In this document: positions 17,670 through 17,744 of the stretch, piece by piece | Layout: each line of letters starts with the position of its first letter | Position numbering within the stretch: the first letter of the stretch is position 1 | Assembly (NCBI GenBank): GCA_051746405.1 | Contig: JBNJFB010000048.1 | Coordinates: 1 to 17,744, forward strand | Source of the DNA: Campylobacterota bacterium | Lineage (GTDB): Bacteria > Campylobacterota > Campylobacteria > Campylobacterales > Arcobacteraceae | Reading direction: 5' to 3' | Length of the DNA: 17,744 nt | Position numbers and translations under genes: made by a program | The notes under the pieces: model-generated | Told to the model about the DNA's origin: nothing | Database searches by the model: none | The model's input: only the letters and a program-made list of their open reading frames with translations

Positions 17670-17744
17670 TTAAATCTCATTTTTGCTATTTTTACAGATT
17701 AAATCAACAATCTCATCTTGTTTAGAGCAAAAATCTCCGTCTTT
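17670..17744 (-). CDS. Probable 3' end of a gene entering from beyond the window (product unknown)
   Basis: Open frame from the window edge, KDGDFCSKQDEIVDLICKNSKNEI*, with stop at 17672-17670; less AT-rich than the adjacent intergenic DNA. Confidence 0.5.
   Translation of the reverse strand, partial: KDGDFCSKQDEIVDLICKNSKNEI

Noticed and set aside
17648..17671. Overlapping 16-bp and 14-bp perfect palindromes (TAAATTTTAAAATTTA, AATTTATATAAATT)
   Set aside because: Purely A/T in an extremely AT-rich tract, so plausibly chance; at most a weak terminator.

Overview
AT-rich core-chromosome segment from a Campylobacterota bacterium, most likely Arcobacteraceae (inferred from gene order and protein style). 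The + strand carries trxB-dapB-purF-(YhcC/TIGR01212-type radical SAM gene), followed by a convergent LysR regulator on the - strand. Divergent from lysR is uvrD/pcrA-truB-ispE-smpB. Next comes the cbb3-type cytochrome c oxidase operon ccoNOQP, four small accessory membrane genes (DUF4006-like, a 30-codon ORF missed by the ORF track, TPM-like, FixH/CcoH-like) and an overlapping addB nuclease gene. A bidirectional terminator separates addB from a convergent 136-aa regulator that appears to fuse a ribbon-helix-helix domain to an OmpR/PhoB winged helix with no receiver domain. The window ends in the probable 3' end of another minus-strand gene. No mobile element, CRISPR array, tRNA or rRNA is seen. 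The region is mostly housekeeping. The best leads are the RHH-wHTH regulator with 11-bp-spaced repeats at its own promoter, the unannotated cco-linked microprotein, the absence of csrA and addA from their usual positions, and a DxDxDG loop in CcoO.
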